The position numbers and the translations under genes are program-made. Shown here in pieces: positions 45,282 through 54,680 of a stretch of 64,000 nucleotides of DNA. The stretch covers positions 6,865-70,864 of the forward strand of contig JACQWM010000007.1 in assembly GCA_016209275.1 (NCBI GenBank). Direction: 5' to 3'. The notes below the pieces were generated by a model that had not been told where the DNA came from, did not search any database, and was given only the letters and a program-made list of their open reading frames with translations. This stretch comes from Candidatus Omnitrophota bacterium (GTDB lineage: Bacteria; Omnitrophota; Gorgyraeia; Aquiviventales; Aquiviventaceae). Position 1 is the first letter of the stretch; each line of letters starts with the position of its first letter.

Positions 45282-46975
45282 GTGCTGTGTATTTCGGATG
45301 GTGGATGGTGGATGGTGGATTGCGCTTTACTGGAATCCGCAATCGAAAATCGAAAATCCAAAATTCGTTGTGATGTTCGCCTCGCATACAGCCACCATTC
45401 GATCACGAGCAGCGCTAAGACGGCCAGCAAGAGCCATGGGGCCAGCGGAAGCATCGTCGGCTGCGCCGCCGCCGACGGCGGACGCTCTTCAGCCAGCGGC
45501 CGCCATGTCGAGGTCCGGTCCATCAGATTCGACTCGAGCGCGTTGAAGAGCCCTGTGGCGTGCGCGGCGTCTCCCATCAGCCACCGCAGGCTGTTGAACA
45601 CGACGACAATGGCCGTCGTGGTGTCGTGGCTGATCGAGGGATCAAAGCGCAGGGTCACGCGGCGAACCCCCTGGGGCGCATCGGCCAATACCACGGGAAT
45701 TTTCCGGCCGTTGCGCACCGCGGAGATGACGGCAACAGCGCTGGTGTCGGCCGTGGCTGCCGGATTCAACGCCACTGACACGACATCGACCGGCGCCACA
45801 TACGCGCCCAGGGGATGGTCATTGGCCACCAGCCAATGCACAGGAGTGGACTGACGTGGCGCGTTGGCTGAGAGGTCGAATCGCAGCACGGCGGACGGTT
45901 GCCAACCGCTCATCACCTCGCGGTCGGTGATCAGGACGAATGGCGCATCGGCCGCAGGCGGTTCGGTGCTCCATTGGAGCGCTGCGCATGCGGTGAGCCA
46001 CTCCCTGAGGCCGCGCTGCAGTTCCGGGGAGGCCACGCGCAAGACCACGGGCAAGGTCGCGTGCTGCGGGATGGTCAGATGCGCCGCATTATCGAGGCTG
46101 AGCGCATCGGGCTGGGCTTGCAGTTGCACCTCAATGTCCCCGGCGGCGTTCGCGGGCAGGCTCAGCGCTTCCACGCGGCGCGCCCCGGCCTCCAGCCGAA
46201 GGCTGGATTGCGCCAATGGCGCGCCGCCCTGCAGGACGCGCACCGTCACCGTTGAGGGTTCGGAAGAAAAATTGTGGATCGTCGCCGCCAGGTGCGCCCC
46301 GTCCGCCGCGCACAGCGGCCCCCGCGCTTCGACACCTGCCAGCGCGACATTGGCCAGTGTTTCTCCCACGCCGAGCCATTGCACGCGGGCCGGCAAACCT
46401 TCAGGCCGCGGCTCATCGGTTGCGACGATGATCTCATCAGGCGGCTTCGGCAGCATCGCGCTTCCCAGGCGCACCGCGGAGGCCAAATTGCCGCCCAGGG
46501 CCGCTGTGCGCTGCTCATCGAGGGCGCGATGGATCGTGGCCGCATCGCTTCTCGGATGCGCCACGGCCGGCTGCAGCGGCGCTGTCGCCACCAGCATCAC
46601 CTCATCAGCCGCAGACCGCTCCATTAATCGCCGCCGAAGCGCGGTGCGAGCGCGATCGAATGCAGCGCTGCCGCTGCGCCGCGCGGCCATGCTGGCCGAT
46701 GTATCGAGAATCGCCAGGACGGTGCGTCCGCCTGGATGGCGAAGGGCTGGCCGAGCCAGGGCGAGGGCTAAGAGGATCGCGCCGGCGAGCTGCATCCAGA
46801 AAAGCGGGTTGACCACCAGATGCGTCCGTCGACGGGCAGCGCGGCGCAGCAGGTGCTCAAACGGGATCAGGCTGGGAATCTGAAGGCGCCGCCGGCTGGC
46901 CGCCAGCCGCCACAACCAGAGCACCACCGGCACGCTGAGCAATCCGAGAAAACCTAGAGGAGAAAGAAATGACAT
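45278..46975 (-). CDS. BatA N-terminal plus vWA domain protein
   Basis: MSFLSPLG..., LALARP, ILDTSASM, C-terminal LLVIEWWL TM. Confidence 0.85.
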   Translation of the reverse strand: MSFLSPLGFLGLLSVPVVLWLWRLAASRRRLQIPSLIPFEHLLRRAARRRTHLVVNPLFWMQLAGAILLALALARPALRHPGGRTVLAILDTSASMAARRSGSAAFDRARTALRRRLMERSAADEVMLVATAPLQPAVAHPRSDAATIHRALDEQRTAALGGNLASAVRLGSAMLPKPPDEIIVATDEPRPEGLPARVQWLGVGETLANVALAGVEARGPLCAADGAHLAATIHNFSSEPSTVTVRVLQGGAPLAQSSLRLEAGARRVEALSLPANAAGDIEVQLQAQPDALSLDNAAHLTIPQHATLPVVLRVASPELQRGLREWLTACAALQWSTEPPAADAPFVLITDREVMSGWQPSAVLRFDLSANAPRQSTPVHWLVANDHPLGAYVAPVDVVSVALNPAATADTSAVAVISAVRNGRKIPVVLADAPQGVRRVTLRFDPSISHDTTTAIVVVFNSLRWLMGDAAHATGLFNALESNLMDRTSTWRPLAEERPPSAAAQPTMLPLAPWLLLAVLALLVIEWWLYARRTSQRILDFRFSIADSSKAQSTIHHPPSEIHST

Positions 46976-46981
46976 CTATGG

Positions 46982-47116
46982 AAATTATCAATAACCAAGC
47001 ACCAATAACCAAACAATGACCAATGTTCCAATGACCGAATTACCAAACGATGTGGTCATTGGTGATTCAGTCATTGGGAATTGTTTGGTGATTGGAATTT
47101 GGTAATTGGTTATTGG
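46982..47116. repeat. CCAA-heptamer inverted repeat element, copy 2
   Basis: Collinear with 33888-34020; about 85-90% identical by eye. Confidence 0.88.
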
Positions 47117-48959
47117 CAGCTAATCCGTGAATTGAACCGAGCCACAGCCAGAAGCCCAGATTGGTGTGCGACGAATAGAGCGCTGATTCAAACACGCCGA
47201 CCACCAGAAACGCCACCACCCCGCAGCCTAAGGCGGCGGCCAGCAGCGCCGTCTCTCGATCGCTCGAACGGAGCAGCCGCCGAAACGCCCGGCCTGTCTG
47301 CGCGATGATGCCGGCAAACGCGATCAACCCGATCGCTCCTAATTCGGCAGCCAGATGCAGATAATGGTTATGCGCGTACGCCGAATGGATGGGATCCCAG
47401 GACAACTTATACCGGTCATAATTCTTAATGAACGTGTTGACGCCCACACCGATGACCGGATGCGCGGCGAACATCCGCCAGGCGGCGGCCCAGATTTGCG
47501 GCCGCTCCGGCTGAATCAGCGCATCCCACCACGACGGTTGGCTCGCGGCCCAGGCGCGCACAGGAGCCGGCAACAACAGCAGCAGAAGGACTCCGGCCGC
47601 CGCCAGTCCGGCTAACAGAGGCCAGGCTCGCCGCACGACACAGAACACCAGCAGGCTCGCGGCCACCGCCGTGACCCCGGGACGCGAGTAGCTCAACACC
47701 AGCGCGCACGATAGCAGAGCCACGACCAACCACCGCCACCATCGACGCACCGCATCCCCCGCCGTGATGGCCGCCACCACGCAGAGGGGAAAGACGCTGG
47801 CCGCAAAGATGCCGAAATCATTCGCGTGGCCGAACGTCGCGGTCAGCCGCGGCAGGCCCCCCGGGGCATGGCCGGCCGCGCGGCCCCGCAGCGGATCAAC
47901 ACCGAAGGCGAGTTGCAGCAGCCCATCGATGGAGACGATCGCCGCGGACAGCACGACGGCGGATAACACGGCGCGCAGGCGGGACGGCCGGTTGAGCGTC
48001 TCGGCCGCCACCCAACAGATCAGGACCGCTTGCGCGATTTTGAAGAGTCCTTGCACGCTCGCGCGAAGCGCCACCGAATGCCACATCGACACCACCCCGG
48101 CCGCGAACCACACGCAGAACCATACGTTGACCGCGAGCTGCGGAGGCCGCAGGCTGCGCGTTCGCAGCTTGCCCAGCACCCAGGAGGTGACGGCGATTCC
48201 CACCGCAAGGTTCTTCAGCGCAGGGGCGAGCGGCCAAAACAGCACGGCCAGCCAGATCGAGGCAAACGTCACCTCATCAGCGGTGAGGCGCAGCCAGCGC
48301 TTGCGCAGCAACAGCCGCACGCAGCCCCACCCATCGCGCAGAGGTGCGAGCTTGCTGCGCCCGATGCGGGAGGCATAGCCGATGGGGATTTCCTCCGCGC
48401 GCAGGTTCGCCACGGCGAACGCTTCGACTTTGATCTCGTGCGAAAACGGAATGCCGGAATCTGCGAGATGCAATTGCTTGAGCGCCGAGGCGCGGATCGC
48501 CCACATGCCGGAGAGCGAATCGCGCAGCGACAAGCCGAAGCACCAATTCGCCAGCAGGGTGAGGACCCCATTGCCCACGCGGCTGACCCACGACATGGCC
48601 CGCGGCTGCTGCAGCGGGAAGCGCGAGCCGTTGACGAAATCCAGCTGCCGCCGGGCCAGCGTCTGCACCAGCGGCTCGATGGCGGAGAGCGGATACGTGC
48701 CGTCGCCGTCAAGCTTCACGATGACGTCGCCCGTCGCTTCCCGCAACCCGCGGCGGCAGGCCTCCCCGTAGCCGGGCCGCGTCTCGGCCGCCACCCGAAC
48801 GCCCGCAGCGCTGGCGACGGCGGCGGTCTCATCGGTGGAGCCGTTATCGACAACCACCACCTCATCGACGCTGCGGGGCATCTTCGGCAGCATCTGCCGC
48901 AAGCCATCGGCCTCATTCAGGCACGGAATAATCACGCTCACCCGCAGGCCATCAATCAT
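47067..48959 (-). CDS. Glycosyltransferase family 2 fused to an O-antigen ligase (WaaL/Wzy_C) domain
   Basis: IPCLNE, VDNGSTD, LDGDGTY, RIGRSKL; then RLTATFGHAN, SYSR, GVGVNTF, AHNHYL. Confidence 0.85.
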   Translation of the reverse strand: MIDGLRVSVIIPCLNEADGLRQMLPKMPRSVDEVVVVDNGSTDETAAVASAAGVRVAAETRPGYGEACRRGLREATGDVIVKLDGDGTYPLSAIEPLVQTLARRQLDFVNGSRFPLQQPRAMSWVSRVGNGVLTLLANWCFGLSLRDSLSGMWAIRASALKQLHLADSGIPFSHEIKVEAFAVANLRAEEIPIGYASRIGRSKLAPLRDGWGCVRLLLRKRWLRLTADEVTFASIWLAVLFWPLAPALKNLAVGIAVTSWVLGKLRTRSLRPPQLAVNVWFCVWFAAGVVSMWHSVALRASVQGLFKIAQAVLICWVAAETLNRPSRLRAVLSAVVLSAAIVSIDGLLQLAFGVDPLRGRAAGHAPGGLPRLTATFGHANDFGIFAASVFPLCVVAAITAGDAVRRWWRWLVVALLSCALVLSYSRPGVTAVAASLLVFCVVRRAWPLLAGLAAAGVLLLLLLPAPVRAWAASQPSWWDALIQPERPQIWAAAWRMFAAHPVIGVGVNTFIKNYDRYKLSWDPIHSAYAHNHYLHLAAELGAIGLIAFAGIIAQTGRAFRRLLRSSDRETALLAAALGCGVVAFLVVGVFESALYSSHTNLGFWLWLGSIHGLAANNQLPNSNHQTIPND

Positions 48960-49840
48960 TCAAGAAAGCCTCGGTGTGGCAGCACGTTCGTCACAAACGA
49001 GGCGAGAGATTCATCCAGCCGGTGCTGCGCAAAGGCGATGCCGTGCCGCTTGCAAAATCGCGCGAGCAATTCGTTGTGGCCAGTGACCGCCTGCTCAAGC
49101 TCGGCTGTGCTGTACGCGAGCTGATGCGTGTCGCCGGTTTCGGCGTCGACGACCATGCCCGCGCGCGAGAGCTGTGCGGGATGCAATTCTTGCGGGCTGA
49201 TGACCTGGATCACTTTCACCTCGAGATTGCGGATGGCCAGCAGGTGCAGCGCTTGGAAAAATTCCGCCGGGCGCACCATGCCGTCGGTGACCACGATGGC
49301 CTGCCCGCCGTGCATGCGCAGACTGATCGCCGCCCGGCGCACCCACTCGGCCAGCGCCACCGGCCCTCCCAGGACGGCCGCATCGGCGGCTCCCGCCATG
49401 CGCGAGAGCTCCGCCCGCTGATGGAACCAGGGGCTCGAGGCGATTGGCCCAGGCTTGATCCAACTGAAGCGCACGTAATGGCCGTCGCTGATCCCGATGT
49501 AGCCGAGGCTCACCGCTAGGTGGCGCGCGCGGATGAATTTCTCGGCGGTCGGCAACCCCATGGACGGGGTGGCATCCACCAAAATCTCCACCGAGAGGGC
49601 AATTTCCTCTTTATACGTTTTGACGAACAGTTTTTCCAAGCGGGCGTAGAGGCTCCAGTCGATGGCGCGGATGTCATCGCCGGCGTAATACGGCGCATAG
49701 TCGGCAAATTCGATCGAGGAGCCGCGCCGGCTGACGGTGAAGCGCCCCCCGAGCCGGTGCCCTGCCCGCACGGACTTGATGGAGAGCTCCAATGTGTCGA
49801 GCCGATTGATATAGGCTGGCGTGAGCCAATCTATCGTCAT
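48956..49840 (-). CDS. DUF58 family protein
   Basis: GSSIEFADY..Y..GDDIRAIDW..YAR. Confidence 0.9.
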   Translation of the reverse strand: MTIDWLTPAYINRLDTLELSIKSVRAGHRLGGRFTVSRRGSSIEFADYAPYYAGDDIRAIDWSLYARLEKLFVKTYKEEIALSVEILVDATPSMGLPTAEKFIRARHLAVSLGYIGISDGHYVRFSWIKPGPIASSPWFHQRAELSRMAGAADAAVLGGPVALAEWVRRAAISLRMHGGQAIVVTDGMVRPAEFFQALHLLAIRNLEVKVIQVISPQELHPAQLSRAGMVVDAETGDTHQLAYSTAELEQAVTGHNELLARFCKRHGIAFAQHRLDESLASFVTNVLPHRGFLE

Positions 49841-49856
49841 GGAGACGCAGCGGTTC

Positions 49857-49902
49857 CGCACACCAGGTAGCGCAGGTTTAAACCTGCGCTACCTGGTGTG
49901 CG
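49857..49902. repeat. 46-bp perfect palindrome with a GTAG-REP-like core
   Basis: CGCACACCAGGTAGCGCAGGTTTAAACCTGCGCTACCTGGTGTGCG. Confidence 0.8.
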
Positions 49903-49906
49903 CTAC

Positions 49907-50920
49907 TCACTTTCTCACTAACTCTCGTTTGGTAGGCGACAGGAGTTCTGTCAAGATGTCCAGCGCTGAACGCTTCTCGGCTTCGGCCTCGAAGGAGAGG
50001 ATGACGCGGTGGGAGAGCGCTGGCAGGGCGACCGCGTCCGCATCCTCGAAGCTCACGTTGACGCGGCCGGCCATGAGTGCTGAGACTTTGGCCCCCATGA
50101 GGATGGCCTGCGCGCCGCGCGGGGAAGCCCCATACCGCAACCAGCGATTCGCCGCGTGGGCGGCATCCTCGTCATTCGGCCGCGTGGCGGTGACCAGCTT
50201 CACGATGTACGCTTCCACTTCGCGCGCCACCAGGACCTCGCGCACCAGCCGGCGGGCGTTCATGATCCACTCCTGCGCCTTCGCCTGCGGCAGCACCGGT
50301 TTGGCCGAGACGATCTCGGCCGTGGTCGTCTGCTGCAGGATGCGCGAAAGATCCTCTGACGACGGGTAGCCGATGAACAGTTTAAAGAGAAAACGGTCGA
50401 GCTGTGCTTCGGGCAGCGGAAATGTCCCTTCCATTTCAATGGGATTCTGTGTGGCCATGACGAAAAACGGCTCCTCCAGCTTCATCGTGGCACCGGCGAT
50501 GGACACTTGCCGCTCTTCCATGGCCTCGAGGAGTGCCGACTGCGTCTTGGGTGTGGCCCGGTTGATTTCATCGGCGAGCAGGATGTGCGTGAACACCGGG
50601 CCTTTCGTAAACTCAAACGCCTTATGCCCGTCGCGTTCAACGACCAATTGCGTGCCGAGGATATCTGAGGGCATCAAATCCGGCGTGCACTGGATGCGCT
50701 TAAACGACAGGCCGAGCACGCCGGCCACCGACTTGGCCAGCAGCGTTTTGCCTAACCCTGGCACCCCTTCCAGCAGAATGTGGCCGCCGGCAAACAGCGC
50801 AATCAGCAACCGCTCGACCGCCTCCTGCTGGCCGACGACGACGCGGGAGAGCTCCTCGCGCAACGCGGCAAACGTCTCCCGAAACTCCTCCGGCTGCACC
50901 GCTAATTTCTGCGTGGTCAT
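49907..50920 (-). CDS. moxR: MoxR family AAA+ ATPase
   Basis: GVPGLGKT, TPDLMPSD, ADEINRA, EAQLDRF; start at MTTQK. Confidence 0.95.
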   Translation of the reverse strand: MTTQKLAVQPEEFRETFAALREELSRVVVGQQEAVERLLIALFAGGHILLEGVPGLGKTLLAKSVAGVLGLSFKRIQCTPDLMPSDILGTQLVVERDGHKAFEFTKGPVFTHILLADEINRATPKTQSALLEAMEERQVSIAGATMKLEEPFFVMATQNPIEMEGTFPLPEAQLDRFLFKLFIGYPSSEDLSRILQQTTTAEIVSAKPVLPQAKAQEWIMNARRLVREVLVAREVEAYIVKLVTATRPNDEDAAHAANRWLRYGASPRGAQAILMGAKVSALMAGRVNVSFEDADAVALPALSHRVILSFEAEAEKRSALDILTELLSPTKRELVRK

Positions 50921-50936
50921 GGCTTCCTTTCCTAAA

Positions 50937-52439
50937 TTATGGGTTGCTCCGACGGTGGAGCTGGTCGAAGATCGGTTGATATTCCGGCGGGACGGATTGG
51001 CGCGTGGTCGCACGCTCCTCCAGAGGCTGATCAGAGAGCTGGGCGTCTTCCGGCTGCGCTTTTGGCGCGTCTTTCGCAACCGCGCCGGAGGGCGTGCCCG
51101 TACCGCCGCTGGCTCGTCCCTGCTTTGTCGGCGCCGTATCCGTCTGCAACTGGATCGGCACCGGTTTGCCGGTTGAAGGATCAATCGGTGTGGCTGCGCC
51201 GTAGAGATTTGGGTCGGTGCCCTGGCCGGCGTTTGGCATCTGTTGCTCTTGGTCAAGTTTGGCTTGCAATTGTTCAAGCTGCCCGGAAACTTGCTGCAGC
51301 AAGGCGTGGATGTCCGCTTTCATGTCGGCGGCGCCGGCCTGCTCAGAGGTCGTGCCTGGCTGCTGTCCTGCTTCGCCCGAGCCTTGGTGGGGCTTCGCAG
51401 CAGCGAGCCCTTGAGAGGGTTGCTTGCCCTGCTGGCCTGGCTTGGTCTTGCTGCCGGCAGCCTGTTGCGCGGCTTGCCGCTGCCCCTGTTGCTGACCCTG
51501 TTGTTGACCCTGCTGCTGAGCTGACTGCTGCCCTTGCTGTTGGCCTTGTGTTTGCTGCTGGCCGGCTTGTTGTTGAGCGCCTTTTCCCTGCTGCTGGGTG
51601 CTTTGTTGTGATGAGTTTCCGGAATCCTTTTTGTTGTTGGACTGATTTTGATTTTGGTTTTGGTTTTGGTTTTGGTTTTGATTCTGGCTCTGATTTTGGT
51701 TTTGGTTCTGATTCTGCGCCCCCTGGTTTCCTGCGCAGTCACACGATGATTGTTGTTGCCCGCCACCCGACATGCTCATGCCGGCCCGCCCCGGCTCACT
51801 GTTCTGGTGTTGGCGGGCCGGGGGCGGCGCCCCCCCCTGCTGCATGTCGGAAGCACTCTTCGAGGATGACGGCGCTTCCGGCGCCTTCGGCTTCTGCTCG
51901 TCGGGCTGTGGTTGCTGAGGTGAAGCTCCGGGTGGTACGGCAGGAGGTTTCGATGCTTGGGTGAATTGACGCAACACCGTTTTCGGCGCCGGCCAGATGA
52001 GGAGCAGAATCAGCAGCGCTGAAAGCGCGGTGGCCCATCCATCAACAGGACGCGGAAGGCGGATTCGATCGGTGCGCACGCGCTGCGCGAGGTCTTCGAG
52101 CAGCATCGGGTAGAGGGCGGGCGGCTCAGGGGCGGCGGAGAATTGTTCGGCGGTTAGCAAGCGCTGCTGCAATCCGAGGGTGGCGTCAAGCCACTGCGCG
52201 CCGGCCCGCGAGGCGCGCCATCGCCGCCGGCTCCGCCACGCCAGCCCGAGGGCGAGGAGGACCAGCAGCAGCGCCGCCGCGGCGACGCTGACCGAGAGCC
52301 GAACACCGGCAAGCCGCAGCCGCCAGGCGAGGGCCATTGCCATCGCCCCGCCCAACCCGGCCAGCACGCCGGTGTTGGCGAACAGCGCTTGGCGATACCG
52401 GGCAGCGAAGCGGCGCGTCTGCCTGAGGGGATCACTCAT
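50937..52439 (-). CDS. Membrane-anchored Gln-rich protein of the MoxR operon
   Basis: N-terminal TMs, LGLQQRLLTA, long Q/N low-complexity region, C-terminal VPPEYQPIF. Confidence 0.75.
   Translation of the reverse strand: MSDPLRQTRRFAARYRQALFANTGVLAGLGGAMAMALAWRLRLAGVRLSVSVAAAALLLVLLALGLAWRSRRRWRASRAGAQWLDATLGLQQRLLTAEQFSAAPEPPALYPMLLEDLAQRVRTDRIRLPRPVDGWATALSALLILLLIWPAPKTVLRQFTQASKPPAVPPGASPQQPQPDEQKPKAPEAPSSSKSASDMQQGGAPPPARQHQNSEPGRAGMSMSGGGQQQSSCDCAGNQGAQNQNQNQNQSQNQNQNQNQNQNQNQSNNKKDSGNSSQQSTQQQGKGAQQQAGQQQTQGQQQGQQSAQQQGQQQGQQQGQRQAAQQAAGSKTKPGQQGKQPSQGLAAAKPHQGSGEAGQQPGTTSEQAGAADMKADIHALLQQVSGQLEQLQAKLDQEQQMPNAGQGTDPNLYGAATPIDPSTGKPVPIQLQTDTAPTKQGRASGGTGTPSGAVAKDAPKAQPEDAQLSDQPLEERATTRQSVPPEYQPIFDQLHRRSNP
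51642..51716. repeat. Hexanucleotide SSR encoding (NQ)n
   Basis: (TTTTGG/TTCTGA)n tandem units. Confidence 0.8.
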
Positions 52440-52471
52440 CTGGTGGTGTGCGTTGAATGCTGGAAGATCGC

Positions 52472-52837
52472 TTACGATGCCGAGAGGGCGCGCGCGTCAA
52501 AATGGCCGTCGATCTGGCGGCCGTCGCGCACCGTCTCATCCACCCACACGCGCGTCAACTGACCGGACCACCCAGCACCAACGGTGCTCGGGCCATGACC
52601 CAGCTGATCGGCCAGGGTCTTGCGCTCATGCCGCTCATTGATTTTGTCCATCTGTTTCTCAACGACGAAGCCGGCGAGCAAGCCAACGAGCCCGCCGAGG
52701 GGTGCCCCGATGCCTGGGGCGATGGCGGAGCCGGCAATGGCGCCGGCCGTATAGCCTGCCTGTGATGGCGGAAGGCTGGCGCACCCGGCGACCAAGACTC
52801 CGGCCGTCGCCATCGCAAATAATCGACGCCTGCGCAT
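52472..52837 (-). CDS. Small lipoprotein with glycine zipper
   Basis: LVAGC lipobox; GAIAG..GGLVGLLAG. Confidence 0.75.
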   Translation of the reverse strand: MRRRRLFAMATAGVLVAGCASLPPSQAGYTAGAIAGSAIAPGIGAPLGGLVGLLAGFVVEKQMDKINERHERKTLADQLGHGPSTVGAGWSGQLTRVWVDETVRDGRQIDGHFDARALSAS

Positions 52838-52897
52838 AAAACCATGCTACTCTAACTCGTGCCTCTTGACAAGCGACGAGCTGGTTGAAAGAATAGA

Positions 52898-52939
52898 GCG
52901 ATATCAGATATGAAATGGCCATTTCATATCTGATATCGC
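52898..52939. repeat. Family B perfect palindrome (42 bp) in a 5' UTR
   Basis: GCGATATCAGATATGAAATGGCCATTTCATATCTGATATCGC between TTGACA-N17-AAGAAT and ATG 52943. Confidence 0.92.
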
Positions 52940-52942
52940 CTT

Positions 52943-53926
52943 ATGACGCTTCCCATTGAAGTCGCCAACCTCACGAAGCGCTACGACAACGTCACTGCGC
53001 TCTCCGGCATCTCCTTTAGCGTCCACCCCGGCGAGATCATGGGGTTCTTAGGACCTAACGGTGCGGGCAAAACCACCACACTGCGCATCCTGACCGGCAT
53101 CATCGCGCCGACCGCCGGCACGGTCCGCATCGATGGGCTTGATGTGACGGCCCATCCGCTGGAGGTCCGCCGGCTCATCGGCTACCTGCCGGAAAACGTG
53201 GCCCTCTACCATGAGCTGCGGGTTGAAGAGTACCTTTCGTATCGCGCCGCCATCAAAGGCGTGCCGAAGACCGCGCGGCGATCGCGGCTTGAGGCCGCGA
53301 TGGCGCAATGCGATATCGTGGATATGCGTCGGCGGCTCATCGGCCGGCTCTCCAAAGGCTACCGCCAACGGGTTGCCTTAGCGGATTGCCTCTTAGCGCA
53401 ACCGAAAATCTTGATTCTGGATGAGCCCACCGTTGGGCTGGACCCCCACCAAATCCGCCAAACTCGAGAACTCATTACGACCCTCGGACGCTCCGCCACC
53501 GTCTTGCTCTCCACGCATATCCTGCCGGAGGTGGAGATGACCTGCCAGCGGGTCGCGATCATCCATCAGGGACGCATCATCGCCGTTGATACCCCGGCGT
53601 CGCTTCGCCAGCGCCTGCAGGGCAACCCCATGATCCGCGTCCAACTGCGCGGCAACGCCGGCGATATCGAAACCGCCTTGAAGCAGCTGCCCGGCGTGGC
53701 ACGGGTCATGCCCAAAGGCCCGGCGAACGGATCCGCCGCCTTCGAAGTGGAACCCTCACCCGGCGTTGACGTCCGTGAGGCCATCTTTCACCTCGCGGTG
53801 GCGCGCCAGTGGACGCTGCAAGAACTCGCGCAAACGCAGATCTCGCTCGAAGATGTCTTCATCCACCTCACCACCAAGGAAGCGGAACCCTCAGACTCCC
53901 CCCTGACTTACTCACTCACTCGCTAA
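52943..53926 (+). CDS. ABC transporter ATPase (GldA-like)
   Basis: GPNGAGKT, LSKGYRQR, ILDEPTVGLDP. Confidence 0.92.
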   Translation: MTLPIEVANLTKRYDNVTALSGISFSVHPGEIMGFLGPNGAGKTTTLRILTGIIAPTAGTVRIDGLDVTAHPLEVRRLIGYLPENVALYHELRVEEYLSYRAAIKGVPKTARRSRLEAAMAQCDIVDMRRRLIGRLSKGYRQRVALADCLLAQPKILILDEPTVGLDPHQIRQTRELITTLGRSATVLLSTHILPEVEMTCQRVAIIHQGRIIAVDTPASLRQRLQGNPMIRVQLRGNAGDIETALKQLPGVARVMPKGPANGSAAFEVEPSPGVDVREAIFHLAVARQWTLQELAQTQISLEDVFIHLTTKEAEPSDSPLTYSLTR

Positions 53927-53930
53927 AAAC

Positions 53931-54680
53931 ATGACCACGCTCTGGACCTTGACCCTTCGCGAACTGAAAGCCTTTTGGTATTCGCCGATCGCCTACGCGG
54001 TCAGCGGACTGTTTCTACTCTTGCAAGGTGTCGTGTTCACGATTCTGTTGGCCGTCCTTGTCGACCCGCGATTTGATCCGACGGTCACGACGATCACGCA
54101 GCTGTTCTTCGGCGGCACGGTGTACTTCTGGTTCATGGGGCTCATCATTCCCTCGCTGCTGACCATGCGCGCGTTCAGCGAAGAAACGCGCAGCGGCACC
54201 ATCGAAGCGCTGCTGACCGCTCCGGTGACGGAAACCCAGGTCGTGCTGGCCAAGTTCCTGGGGGCGTGGCTGAACTACATCGCGCTCTGGGCATCCACCG
54301 CGGTGTTCTTCCTGGTCTTGCGGCGATTTCTGCCGTTTGACTGGGGCCCGGTGCTCACGGGGTACCTTGGCACGTGGCTGATGGGCGGCGTGCTCATTGC
54401 CGTCGGCGTTCTGGCCTCGAGCTTGACGCGCAATCAGGTCATTGCCGCCGTGCTATCGTTCGTCGCGATCCTGCTGCTCTTCTCCATCGGCATCTTGGAT
54501 GTGTTTGTGCAGGATCCCGAAGGCAGCAAGATGATCCAATACTTCTCGCTGCTGGAGCAGCTGCATGGCTTTTCGAAGGGCCTCATCGACACGCGGCCGA
54601 TCGTGCTCTACGCCAGCATCGCCTCGATCGCGCTGTTTCTGACGGGCCGCGTCATCAGCAACCCGAGATGGCGATCATGA
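53931..54680 (+). CDS. ABC-2 permease (GldF-like)
   Basis: SPIAY, TMRAFSEETRSGTIE.LLTAP, TRNQVIAA. Confidence 0.88.
   Translation: MTTLWTLTLRELKAFWYSPIAYAVSGLFLLLQGVVFTILLAVLVDPRFDPTVTTITQLFFGGTVYFWFMGLIIPSLLTMRAFSEETRSGTIEALLTAPVTETQVVLAKFLGAWLNYIALWASTAVFFLVLRRFLPFDWGPVLTGYLGTWLMGGVLIAVGVLASSLTRNQVIAAVLSFVAILLLFSIGILDVFVQDPEGSKMIQYFSLLEQLHGFSKGLIDTRPIVLYASIASIALFLTGRVISNPRWRS

Noticed and set aside
50921-51277. N-terminal extension of MoxR in the ORF track
   Set aside because: It overlaps the upstream gene in another frame; an RBS-like GGAAAGGAAG precedes MTTQK at 50920.
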